NCBI GenBank assembly: GCA_963840035.1
Contig: CAWIXE010000002.1
Span: 640,001 to 704,000, forward strand
Length of the DNA: 64,000 nucleotides
Direction: 5' to 3'
Origin: a candidate division FCPU426 bacterium
GTDB taxonomy: Bacteria > Oederibacteriota > PGYV01 > Palsa-1178
The position numbers and the translations under genes are program-made. This document shows positions 38,996-48,302 of the stretch, piece by piece (positions within the stretch are counted from its first letter, which is position 1; each line of letters starts with the position of its first letter). Under the pieces are notes generated by a model. That model searched no databases. It was not told where the DNA came from and saw only the letters and a list, made by a program, of their open reading frames with translations.

Positions 38996-39385
38996 ATGAA
39001 AACTTTAAAGGCTGTATTTGTTTTATTATCAGTTATTATTATATCCGGATGCGCTTCAGTGCCGTTCGCGGGTAAAAAAGTAAGGTATGTGGAAGTGCAC
39101 TCACGCAGCTGCTATGTCTGCCAGCGCATGGAAAAAGTTATTGATGAGCTTGATTCAAAGTACGGCAGCCAGGTCGAAATAGACTCTTACAGCGATTCAT
39201 CCGATGAGGGCGGCGAATATGTGGAAAAGTACAAGATAACAAAATTTCCGGCCAATATTATGCTCGACGCAACCGGCGCGGTATTTTTCAGGTATGACGG
39301 GCTTCTGGACGTCAAGGCGCTGGAAACGCAGTTTTTTAAAAAAGGCGTAACGCCGCCGCCTGACGCCGGTACTGCGGTTAAATAA
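38996..39385 (+). CDS. Thioredoxin-family lipoprotein
   Basis: Lipobox ISGC, CYVC redox motif, cis-Pro region KFP. Confidence 0.8.
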   Translation: MKTLKAVFVLLSVIIISGCASVPFAGKKVRYVEVHSRSCYVCQRMEKVIDELDSKYGSQVEIDSYSDSSDEGGEYVEKYKITKFPANIMLDATGAVFFRYDGLLDVKALETQFFKKGVTPPPDAGTAVK

Positions 39386-39542
39386 AGCAATTACTAATTA
39401 CAAATTACTAATAAAGGAGCGCGGTGCGCTTTTTATTATAGTAATGCATGGCAAAGGATTCGGAGTACTTGTTTCTATTAGTAATTAGTAATTGGTAATT
39501 GGTAATTAGTCATTAAATTTGTATTTGAGGGTTTGGTGGATC

Positions 39543-39842
39543 TTGGACACGCAGGACTTTCTCGATAACATAAAAAGCTGGCTCGACTTTTACAGGGACG
39601 TCCGGATACCCGACCTGGAATATCCGCCTGCCGTTACCCCCGATGATATAAAGTGGGAAGACGGCATGATGAAAGTCGCTTCGGCATTTGGCGTCTGTGA
39701 TTCGCTGGCTGGCACTCCGGCCGAGAAAAAAATGCAGCAGGCAGTGGAAATGGCAAAGTCAAAAGAACGTTCCAAACTAAAGGATATATATGATATTATA
39801 ACGCAGGTTGAAAAATACCTCGGGGAAAGCATAAACAGGTAA
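39543..39842 (+). CDS. Hypothetical protein (start uncertain)
   Basis: Fills the gap before the gltB promoter. TTG start after GGTGG is assumed. Confidence 0.6.
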   Translation: MDTQDFLDNIKSWLDFYRDVRIPDLEYPPAVTPDDIKWEDGMMKVASAFGVCDSLAGTPAEKKMQQAVEMAKSKERSKLKDIYDIITQVEKYLGESINR

Positions 39843-39881
39843 GATTTCATCTGTTATAGGCTGTTTTACAGCAATTTATTA

Positions 39882-40066
39882 TTGACTTTCCTGTTATAAT
39901 TTTGTATATTTGTAATAGCAACAGACGGCAATGATGCCTTCCTTAAACCGCTTAGAGGCGGACAATCTCAAAGACCCGAGCTGCTATAGGTATGTCCATA
40001 GCACGGGAAAATACTTGAAACTATGGTAGTATTATACTGTCCGGATAACTAACATACTAAACGTCT
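39882..40066 (+). promoter_or_regulatory. gltB promoter and structured 5' leader
   Basis: TTGACT-17 nt-TATATT, then about 160 nt of leader with several stems including GGC-AATGAT-GCC. Confidence 0.55.
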
Positions 40067-40079
40067 AAGGAGAAAGTAA

Positions 40080-43000
40080 ATGGAAAAAAACGGAGAATAT
40101 ACGCCAAAACAGCAGGGGTTATATGACCCTTCTTTTGAGAAAGATTCCTGCGGGGTGGGTTTTATCGCCAGCATAAAAGGCGAAAAGACAAACCAGCTTG
40201 TCCTTGACGGCATGCAGATTTTAGAGCGCATGACGCACAGGGGCGCGACAGGAGCCGACCCTAAGACCGGCGATGGCGCCGGAATCTTAATACAGATTCC
40301 CCATGATTTTTTTGTGAAAGTCCTTAAGTCCACACAGATAAAACTCCCGGAAGAGGGTTTTTACGGCACGGGGCTTGTATTCCTGCCGCCTGATGATGAG
40401 GAACGCAAGGCGGTTAAAAAGGAAGTTAAAAAAGCGGCTGAAGAAAAGGGCGCGGAACTGCTCGGATGGAGGGAAGTGCCTGTAGATAACAGCGTAATCG
40501 GGCCTGTTGCCAGGGAAAGCGAGCCGGTATTTGAACAGGTATTTATAAAGCGCCCGGCTGGCATGGCTGACAGGGAAGAATTCGAAAGGCTGCTTTATAT
40601 AATCAGAAAGATGGCGGAGAATTCCGTGCGTGGAGCCGATTTAAGGCAAAAATCTCGTTTTTATTTTACCAACCTTTCCAGCAGGGTGCTTATTTACAAA
40701 GGCCTTATGATGCCTGCGGAGATGGCAAACTTTTTTACAGACTTAAAGGACAGCGACGTCAAAAGCGCCATATGCCTGGTTCATTCCCGCTACTCCACTA
40801 ACACTTTCCCGACATGGGATTTAGCCCAGCCTTTCAGAATGCTCGCGCACAACGGCGAGATAAATACCCTGCGCGGAAATTTAAACTGGATGAAAGCCAG
40901 GGAAGGGCTGTTTAACAGCGCGGCTTTTAAGACGGACACATATCATTTAAAACCGGTAATAAGGGACGAGAAGCAGAGCGACTCCGCGTCCATAGACAAC
41001 GCTTTTGAAATGCTCAACAAGGCCGGCCGCACCATGCCGCACGCCATGATGATGCTTGTGCCTGAAGCATGGGAACACAATAAACTCCTCCCGAATTCCA
41101 TAAGGAGTTTCTACAAATACCACGCTTGCTTCATGGAGCCGTGGGACGGCCCTGCCGCGCTTGCGTTTACGGACGGCGTCAGGATCGGCGCCGTGCTCGA
41201 CAGGAACGGACTCCGGCCGGCGAGATACCTGATTACAAACGACGGCTACGTGATAATGTCCTCGGAAGTGGGCGTCCTTGACGTCTCGCCATCGAACATA
41301 AACAGGTCAGGAAGGCTCGAGCCGGGGAAGATATTTTACATAGATACGGCCAAGAACAGGATTATAAATGACTCGGAGGTCAAGGACGAGCTTGCCAGGC
41401 GCGCCCCATACAGGCAGTGGCGCAAGGAACAGCTTATATATCTTGAGGACCTTCCTGTACCGGATATAAAAGTAGCTGCCGCGGAAGGCCTGCTTGACCA
41501 GCTTAAAGTGTTCGGTTACACAAGGGAAGACATGAAGGATATTTTAAAACCCATGGCAGGGGAAGCAAAGGACCCGATCGGGTCAATGGGAAACGATACG
41601 CCGCACTCGGTTCTGTCTGTAAGGCCGAAGCTGCTTTATACCTATTTTAAGCAGCTCTTCGCACAGGTTACAAACCCGCCCATAGACTCGGAGAGGGAAG
41701 AAATAGTCATGAGCCTGCGCAGTTTTATCGGGCCGCAAAAGAACATATTTGAGGAAACAGCCCAGCACACGCATAAGCTGCAGGTGCGGGAACCCATCCT
41801 TTCAAATGAAGAGCTTGAAAAGATCAAGCATATAGCCGTTAACGGCTTCAGGACAAAGACAATATCCCTGCTGTTAATGCCCGGTGACACTGCGGATTTC
41901 ACGCGCGCGGTTGACAGGGTATGCGAAGAGGCTGTTAATGCCATCACAGAGGGCTATTCCTATATTATCTTAAGCGACAGGGGCGTAAGCGACGAATATA
42001 CGGCCATACCGGCCCTTCTGGCCTCAGGAGCGGTGCATCAGGAGCTCGTAAAGAGGTCTTTAAGGACAAATGTGGGGCTGATTCTTGAATCAGGCGAGCC
42101 AAGGGAAGTGCACCACTTCTGCGTGCTGCTCGGTTTCGGCTTGGATGTCATTAATCCGTACCTTGCCTACGAAGCCATTAAATACATGGCGGACAAGGGC
42201 GAGATTGAGTGCGGGTATGATAAGGGAGTTTATAATTACAGGAAGACCTGTCATAAAGGCATACGCAAGGTCATGGCTAAGATGGGCATATCGACCATAC
42301 AGAGTTACAGGGGCGCGCAGATATTTGAGGCGCTTGGAATTCATGAAGAGGTCATAGACAGGTGTTTTACCGGGGCTGTATCCAGGATAGGCGGCGTGGG
42401 TTTTGAGGAAATCGCGAAAGAAGTAATGATGACGCATAAGGAATCATTCCATAAGACCGGAGCCCCGGATAATATCCTGCCGTCCGGCGGGATATACCAG
42501 TGGAAAAAGGACGGCGAAGTCCATTTGTGGAATCCGGATTCCATAGCGGCGCTGCAGGACGCGGTCAGGAATAACGACAAAAAAAGGTTCAAGGATTTTA
42601 CCTCCATGATAAATGACCAGTCAAAACAGCCGGTGACATTAAGGTCGCTTTTAAAGTTTAAAAAACAGCAGCCGATTGACATAAGCCAGGTGGAACCGGT
42701 TGAGGCAATAGTAAAACGGTTTGTGGTCGGAGCCATGAGTTTCGGTTCTATAAGCGGCGCCGCACATGAGGCCATGGCAATTGCCATGAACAGGCTCGGC
42801 GGCAAGTCCAATACAGGGGAAGGCGGCGAGGATCCCGCGAGGTTTACCCCGTTTGCCAACGGAGATTCCGCGCGCAGCGCGATAAAGCAGGTGGCTTCAG
42901 GCAGGTTCGGTGTCAATATTAATTACCTGACCAATGCCGATGAAATTCAGATAAAGATCGCGCAGGGCGCGAAACCGGGCGAAGGCGGGCAGCTTCCCGG

Positions 43001-44609
43001 TCATAAAGTCAGCGAAATAATTGCCAGGACAAGGTATACAACGCCCGGCGTTACTTTGATATCGCCCCCGCCGCATCATGATATTTATTCCATTGAAGAC
43101 TTAAAGCAGCTTATATTTGACTTAAAGAACGCGAATCCGCGCGCGAGAATAAGCGTAAAACTTGTCTCCGAAGCCGGAGTAGGCACGGTCGCGGCCGGCG
43201 TGGCAAAAGCGCACGCTGACATGATACTGATTTCCGGCGGAGACGGAGGCACAGGAGCGTCCCCGAGGACTTCGGTCATGCACGCGGGTCTGCCGTGGGA
43301 ACTCGGCATTTCAGAGACGCACCAGACCCTGGTTATGAATGATTTAAGGGGCCGTGTGAGGCTTCAGACAGACGGACAGATGAGAACGGGCAAGGATCTC
43401 GCGGTTGCCGCGTGCCTTGGCGCGGAGGAATACGGTTTCGGCACAATCGCGCTTATATCGCTCGGGTGCGTTATGCTGCGCCACTGTCATTTGAATAATT
43501 GTTCGCTTGGAGTTGCCACACAGGATGACCTGCTGCAGAAGCGCTTTGCCGGCAAGCCGGAATATGTTGTTAACTTTATGAGGTTTGTCGCGGAGGATTT
43601 TAGGGAACAGATGGCAAGCCTTGGTATTAAGACGGTAAATGAAATGGTAGGCAGGGTCGACCTGCTTGAAGTGGATAAAGCCATACTGCCTTGGAAAGCC
43701 GCTAAAATAGATTTTTCGCGCATACTTTACAGGCCTGAGATGCACGAAACAACGCCGCGTTATTGCGTATCGGCTCAGGACCATGAGATAGTAAAAGTCC
43801 TCGACAGGGAACTCATAGCGGATTGCGCCGCGGCACTTGATAATAAGGAAATCGTAAAGCTGGAAAAGGCAATAAAAAACACCGACCGTTCCTGCGGCGC
43901 CATGCTCTCGGGAGAGGTTTGTAAAAGGTACGGCGAGCATTACCTGCCGGAAGACACCATAACAGTCAAATTTAAAGGCACTGCGGGGCAGAGTTTCGGC
44001 GCCTTCCTTGCAAAGGGAATTAATTTTGAGCTTGAAGGCATTGCCAATGACTATGTGGGCAAAGGAATATCAGGCGGAAGGATATCAATATACCCGTTCA
44101 AACGGGCCATGTATAACCCCACGGATAACGTGATTATCGGCAACACCGCGTTTTACGGAGCCATCGCGGGCGAGGCTTATATTAAAGGTTCGGCCGGCGA
44201 ACGTTTCTGCATAAGGAATTCGGGTTTATATACCGTTGTCGAAGGCACAGGCGACCACGGCTGTGAATACATGACAGGCGGCAGGGTTGTGGTCATAGGA
44301 AATACAGGCAGGAATTTCGCGGCAGGCATGTCGGGCGGCATTGCTTATGTGTATGATGAAGCCGGTGTTTTTCCGGATAAATGCAACACTGACATGGTGG
44401 AGCTAACAACTCCGGACGATGAGGATGCGGCTATGATTAGGAAGCTGCTTGAAAATCACGTAAAATATACTTCGAGCGCGAGGGCGGCTGAAATGCTTGA
44501 TAACTTCGCGTACAGCATAAAAAGGTTTGTTAAAGTGCTCCCGCTTGAGTACAAACAGATACTTGAGCTGGCCAGGAAACAGAAAAATTTAGAAACGACG
44601 GAGGCATAA
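40080..44609 (+). CDS. gltB: Glutamate synthase large subunit
   Basis: EKDSCGVG (Cys1), HSRYSTNT, AHNGEIN, QGAKPGEGGQLPG and GCEYMTGG motifs. Confidence 0.98.
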   Translation: MEKNGEYTPKQQGLYDPSFEKDSCGVGFIASIKGEKTNQLVLDGMQILERMTHRGATGADPKTGDGAGILIQIPHDFFVKVLKSTQIKLPEEGFYGTGLVFLPPDDEERKAVKKEVKKAAEEKGAELLGWREVPVDNSVIGPVARESEPVFEQVFIKRPAGMADREEFERLLYIIRKMAENSVRGADLRQKSRFYFTNLSSRVLIYKGLMMPAEMANFFTDLKDSDVKSAICLVHSRYSTNTFPTWDLAQPFRMLAHNGEINTLRGNLNWMKAREGLFNSAAFKTDTYHLKPVIRDEKQSDSASIDNAFEMLNKAGRTMPHAMMMLVPEAWEHNKLLPNSIRSFYKYHACFMEPWDGPAALAFTDGVRIGAVLDRNGLRPARYLITNDGYVIMSSEVGVLDVSPSNINRSGRLEPGKIFYIDTAKNRIINDSEVKDELARRAPYRQWRKEQLIYLEDLPVPDIKVAAAEGLLDQLKVFGYTREDMKDILKPMAGEAKDPIGSMGNDTPHSVLSVRPKLLYTYFKQLFAQVTNPPIDSEREEIVMSLRSFIGPQKNIFEETAQHTHKLQVREPILSNEELEKIKHIAVNGFRTKTISLLLMPGDTADFTRAVDRVCEEAVNAITEGYSYIILSDRGVSDEYTAIPALLASGAVHQELVKRSLRTNVGLILESGEPREVHHFCVLLGFGLDVINPYLAYEAIKYMADKGEIECGYDKGVYNYRKTCHKGIRKVMAKMGISTIQSYRGAQIFEALGIHEEVIDRCFTGAVSRIGGVGFEEIAKEVMMTHKESFHKTGAPDNILPSGGIYQWKKDGEVHLWNPDSIAALQDAVRNNDKKRFKDFTSMINDQSKQPVTLRSLLKFKKQQPIDISQVEPVEAIVKRFVVGAMSFGSISGAAHEAMAIAMNRLGGKSNTGEGGEDPARFTPFANGDSARSAIKQVASGRFGVNINYLTNADEIQIKIAQGAKPGEGGQLPGHKVSEIIARTRYTTPGVTLISPPPHHDIYSIEDLKQLIFDLKNANPRARISVKLVSEAGVGTVAAGVAKAHADMILISGGDGGTGASPRTSVMHAGLPWELGISETHQTLVMNDLRGRVRLQTDGQMRTGKDLAVAACLGAEEYGFGTIALISLGCVMLRHCHLNNCSLGVATQDDLLQKRFAGKPEYVVNFMRFVAEDFREQMASLGIKTVNEMVGRVDLLEVDKAILPWKAAKIDFSRILYRPEMHETTPRYCVSAQDHEIVKVLDRELIADCAAALDNKEIVKLEKAIKNTDRSCGAMLSGEVCKRYGEHYLPEDTITVKFKGTAGQSFGAFLAKGINFELEGIANDYVGKGISGGRISIYPFKRAMYNPTDNVIIGNTAFYGAIAGEAYIKGSAGERFCIRNSGLYTVVEGTGDHGCEYMTGGRVVVIGNTGRNFAAGMSGGIAYVYDEAGVFPDKCNTDMVELTTPDDEDAAMIRKLLENHVKYTSSARAAEMLDNFAYSIKRFVKVLPLEYKQILELARKQKNLETTEA

Positions 44610-44610
44610 C

Positions 44611-46032
44611 ATGGGACATCCGCATGGGTTTTTAAAGTCAAAAAGGGAAGTCATGTCATACAGGCCGGTATGCGAGAGGGTCAAGGATTTCGCGCCGGTA
44701 GCAGTGCCAAAAAGCGAGGATGTGACGCGCGACCAGGCGTCACGTTGCATGGATTGCGGGACCGATTTCTGCAATTGGGGATGCCCCATCGGGAATTATA
44801 TACCGGAGTGGAACGACCATGTGTACAGGAACAGGTGGGAAGGCGCATACAGGCTTTTATCAGCCACAAATGTGCTTCCTGAAGTCACCGGCAGGGTGTG
44901 CCCGGCGCTTTGCGAAGCAGCCTGCGTTCTCGGAATCAATGACCAGCCTGTTACCATAAGGGAAAACGAGCTTGCCATTATTGAAAAGGCCTTTAAGGAA
45001 GGATATGTAAAACCGGAACCGCAGATAATAAGGACCGGCAAAAGGGTTGCTGTCATAGGTTCGGGGCCGGCGGGATTATCCGCGGCGGCATTTCTTAACC
45101 TCGCGGGGCATAATGTGACCGTATTTGAAAAAGAAGACCGGCTCGGCGGTTTCATGCGCTATGGAATACCTGATTTTAAACTTGAAAAAAATATACTCGA
45201 CCGCAGGATAAAAGTCTGGGAAGAGGACGGCATCCGTTTTAAGACGGGAATAAATGTCGGCGTGAATTACAGCGTTGACGAAATCAGGAAAAATTTTGAC
45301 GCCGTATGCGTGGCTGCCGGATGCAGGGTACCGAGAGATATGAAGACGACGGGCAGGGAATTAAAAGGAATATACCAGGCAGTGGATTATTTGACACAGT
45401 CAAACAGAAGGGTCGCGGGCGATAAGGTTGAAGGGGAGCTAATTGACGCCGCGGGCAGGAATGTGCTTGTAATAGGCGGCGGCGACACCGGCGCTGACTG
45501 CGTGGGCACCGCCAACAGGCAGGGCGCGAAATGCGTCATGCAGGTGGAGATACTTCCCGAGCCGCCAAAAGACAGGCCCTCTGACCAGCCATGGCCGAGG
45601 TATCCTTTTGTTTTTAAAACAACATCCAGCCACGAAGAGGGCGCTGACCGCAAATGGTCGGTTACCACAAAAGAATTCACGGGCAGCGGCGGAGCGGTTA
45701 AAAAAGTAAAATGCGCCAGGGTTGAATGGGATAAATCATCAGGCAGGCCTGTAATGAAGGAAATAGCGGGCGGTGAGTTTGAGATAGACGCGGACATGGT
45801 CATACTGTCTATGGGCTTTACAAATCCGGTTAAGGAAGGGCTGCTTGAAAGCCTTGGCGCCACCCTTGATGAACGCGGCAACGTAAAGTCTGACCTGAAA
45901 ACAGGTGCGACATCTGTAGATGGTGTATTTGCGGCAGGCGACGTATCGCGCGGGCCGTCGCTTATTGTATGGGCAATAGCCGAAGGAAGAAAAGCCGCGG
46001 ATGGCATTGATCTTTACCTTAAAAACAAATAA
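44611..46032 (+). CDS. gltD: Glutamate synthase small subunit
   Basis: QASRCMDCG..FC..GCP, GGGDTGADC and SLIVWAIAEGR motifs; directly after gltB. Confidence 0.96.
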   Translation: MGHPHGFLKSKREVMSYRPVCERVKDFAPVAVPKSEDVTRDQASRCMDCGTDFCNWGCPIGNYIPEWNDHVYRNRWEGAYRLLSATNVLPEVTGRVCPALCEAACVLGINDQPVTIRENELAIIEKAFKEGYVKPEPQIIRTGKRVAVIGSGPAGLSAAAFLNLAGHNVTVFEKEDRLGGFMRYGIPDFKLEKNILDRRIKVWEEDGIRFKTGINVGVNYSVDEIRKNFDAVCVAAGCRVPRDMKTTGRELKGIYQAVDYLTQSNRRVAGDKVEGELIDAAGRNVLVIGGGDTGADCVGTANRQGAKCVMQVEILPEPPKDRPSDQPWPRYPFVFKTTSSHEEGADRKWSVTTKEFTGSGGAVKKVKCARVEWDKSSGRPVMKEIAGGEFEIDADMVILSMGFTNPVKEGLLESLGATLDERGNVKSDLKTGATSVDGVFAAGDVSRGPSLIVWAIAEGRKAADGIDLYLKNK

Positions 46033-46063
46033 CAGCTATGGCTACAGAAGTGTTATCATTTTA

Positions 46064-46104
46064 ATAAACGCGTTTTTTATCTTATTTCAATAACGCGTTT
46101 TTTT
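46064..46104 (+). terminator. Probable terminator after gltD
   Basis: aaacgcgtt...aacgcgttttttt. Confidence 0.5.
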
Positions 46105-46173
46105 AAATATTGAAAAACACCATTTCTTGATATATACTCATTTTGACACAATAATACATACAAGGAGCGTTAA

Positions 46174-47007
46174 ATGGCAAAATTAGGTAACAGCCTGCAG
46201 ACCAAATTAACAGTCAGCTTCGTTGCCCTCATACTTATTATTTCGGGGATGTCCTTCTTTTATACCTATGAGGAGACGAAAACCGCGCTTAAGGAAACCC
46301 TCGGCGGGCAGTTGAAATCGGTGGCTTCGGTTATCGCCACTCAGATAGACGGCGATGCCATGATTAAGCTAAAACCGGGGGATGAAAAAACAAAAGATTT
46401 TTTTAAAATGCGCGACCAGCTTCTTGCCATGCAAAAATCCGATCAGGACATTAAATACATATATACATATGTGCAGGGCAAGGGCAAATCCGTAAAATTT
46501 ATAATCGACGCCACATACGGACAGCCGGGGGCGGAAGAGCCTGCGTCAATAGGCGATAATTATGACGAAACCACGCCGGAAATGCTCGCCGGCTTAAAGT
46601 ATCCGGCTGCTGAAAAAACTTTCAGTACTGACAAGTGGGGCTCATTTATGTCAGGCTACGCGCCGGTTAAGGATTCAAAAGGAAAAAATGTCGGGGCTGT
46701 CGGGGTCGATATGTTGAGCGCGAAGGTATTACAAAAGCAGGACTTTATCGGCGGGACCATCTACTTTGTAATCGGTATCGCCGTTATAATAGCCGGTTTA
46801 ATTATACTGCTGTTTTCAGCCACGATTATACGAGATATAAACAAGCTTAATAAACTTGCTGAAAATGTCAGCACCGGACAGATAGACCAGGATGTGGACG
46901 TAAAAAGGAAGGATGAGATCGGGGAGCTTGCGGATTCCTTCCAGCGTATGATAGTAAGCCTGCGTATAATGAAGATGTATCCGGATGAAAAAAAGGATAA
47001 AAAATGA
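46174..47007 (+). CDS. Membrane sensor with Cache-like periplasmic domain and HAMP but no output domain
   Basis: TM-periplasmic (YIYT...DKWGSFMSGYAPVKD...VGVD)-TM-HAMP (KDEIGELADSFQRM), then stop. Confidence 0.85.
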   Translation: MAKLGNSLQTKLTVSFVALILIISGMSFFYTYEETKTALKETLGGQLKSVASVIATQIDGDAMIKLKPGDEKTKDFFKMRDQLLAMQKSDQDIKYIYTYVQGKGKSVKFIIDATYGQPGAEEPASIGDNYDETTPEMLAGLKYPAAEKTFSTDKWGSFMSGYAPVKDSKGKNVGAVGVDMLSAKVLQKQDFIGGTIYFVIGIAVIIAGLIILLFSATIIRDINKLNKLAENVSTGQIDQDVDVKRKDEIGELADSFQRMIVSLRIMKMYPDEKKDKK

Positions 47008-47264
47008 CCGTAACAGCCGAACAGGTAATACAGGTAGCTTCAAGGTATCTCGGCCCTGAAGCAAAGAGGTTTTTGGAACGCCAGGCAGGCCACCTGGAAA
47101 ACGGCGCCACGCTTGAAAATCTGCGTCCGGAAGACGTGGAAAAGCTGGCGTGGTGGGTGAATGTATCGGCCAAGCTAATCATGGACAAGGAAAAAGCGAA
47201 AGAACTATCGATTAAGATATCAAGCATCGGGGCTGACACAAATTCCGCTCAGAGGGCACAATAA
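47004..47264 (+). CDS. Small hypothetical protein translationally coupled to the HAMP sensor
   Basis: ATGA overlap; YLGPEAKRFLERQ motif. Confidence 0.75.
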   Translation: MTVTAEQVIQVASRYLGPEAKRFLERQAGHLENGATLENLRPEDVEKLAWWVNVSAKLIMDKEKAKELSIKISSIGADTNSAQRAQ

Positions 47265-47441
47265 GTCACAAAAGTATTTAAATCCTATCAAAACAGTGTA
47301 AAAAACCAATATCGTCATCAATTCCATTGACAAAAATAAAATCGTATATATAATTTATAAGGTTGTTTTTTATCTGTATTTTTTCAAATAGCCTGTCGGC
47401 GGGCTCACACCTATGGCTATTTATATTATCGGGAGGTTTTG

Positions 47442-48302
47442 ATGTATAAAATTGTTGAAAAAAGGGCGTTATCAAAGGACATCAAGCTTATCGGAGTGGA
47501 AGCCCCGCACGTCACGTTCAACGCGAAAGCCGGTAATTTTATTGTCGTCATACCGGATGAAAAAGGCGAAAGGATACCGCTGACGATTTATGACTGGAAC
47601 AGGGAAAAAGGCATCCTTTATATGGTCTTCCAGGAAATCGGACTTTCCACCACAAAGCTAGGCATGCTTAAGGAAGGCGACTATATATTCGCTGTTGCCG
47701 GCCCTTTTGGAAAGCATTTCCACTCTGAAAAATACGGGAATACCGTTGTAGTCGGAGGCGGCGTCGGAGTTCCGGCGATTTTTCCGATAGCAAGGCAGCT
47801 GCTGGCGGACGGAAATAAAGTGACATCCATAATAGGTTACAGGACAAAAGACCTGATAGTCCTGGAAGAAGAGATGAAAACAGTGTCGGACTCGCTTGTA
47901 GTCGCTACAAACGACGGTTCCCACGGGCAGAAAGGTTTTGTGACAGACATGCTCCAGGCTATAATTGATAAAGGGGATAAAATAGACCTCGTAGTCGCGG
48001 TCGGGCCCGTGGTCATGATGAAGGCCGTGTCGGAGCTAACCATGAAGTACAATATCAAAACGGTCGTCAGTTTAAACGCCATGATGATTGACGCCACCGG
48101 CATGTGCGGCGGCTGCAGGGTGTCTGTAGGCGGGGAGACAAAGTTCGCCTGCGTTGACGGCCCTGATTTTGACGGGCATAAAGTTGATTTTAACCAGCTG
48201 ACCAGCAGGCTGGGCGCATATAAGGATCATGAAAAAACATCTATGGACCATAACTGCAACATGAATCCCGGCATCAAGGAGGCTATCGATGGAAGAAAAT
48301 AA
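47442..48302 (+). CDS. nfnA: NfnA-like FAD/NAD-binding 2Fe-2S subunit (electron-bifurcating transhydrogenase)
   Basis: GERIPLTI, VGPVVMMK and MIDATGMCGGCRV...FACVDGPDFD motifs. Confidence 0.88.
   Translation: MYKIVEKRALSKDIKLIGVEAPHVTFNAKAGNFIVVIPDEKGERIPLTIYDWNREKGILYMVFQEIGLSTTKLGMLKEGDYIFAVAGPFGKHFHSEKYGNTVVVGGGVGVPAIFPIARQLLADGNKVTSIIGYRTKDLIVLEEEMKTVSDSLVVATNDGSHGQKGFVTDMLQAIIDKGDKIDLVVAVGPVVMMKAVSELTMKYNIKTVVSLNAMMIDATGMCGGCRVSVGGETKFACVDGPDFDGHKVDFNQLTSRLGAYKDHEKTSMDHNCNMNPGIKEAIDGRK

Noticed and set aside
39927..39970. Fluoride (crcB) riboswitch, suggested by GGCAATGATG...AAACCGC
   Set aside because: P1 cannot pair (GGCA versus TTCC), the 3' GCUGAUG/pseudoknot segment is missing, and the downstream gene is gltB.
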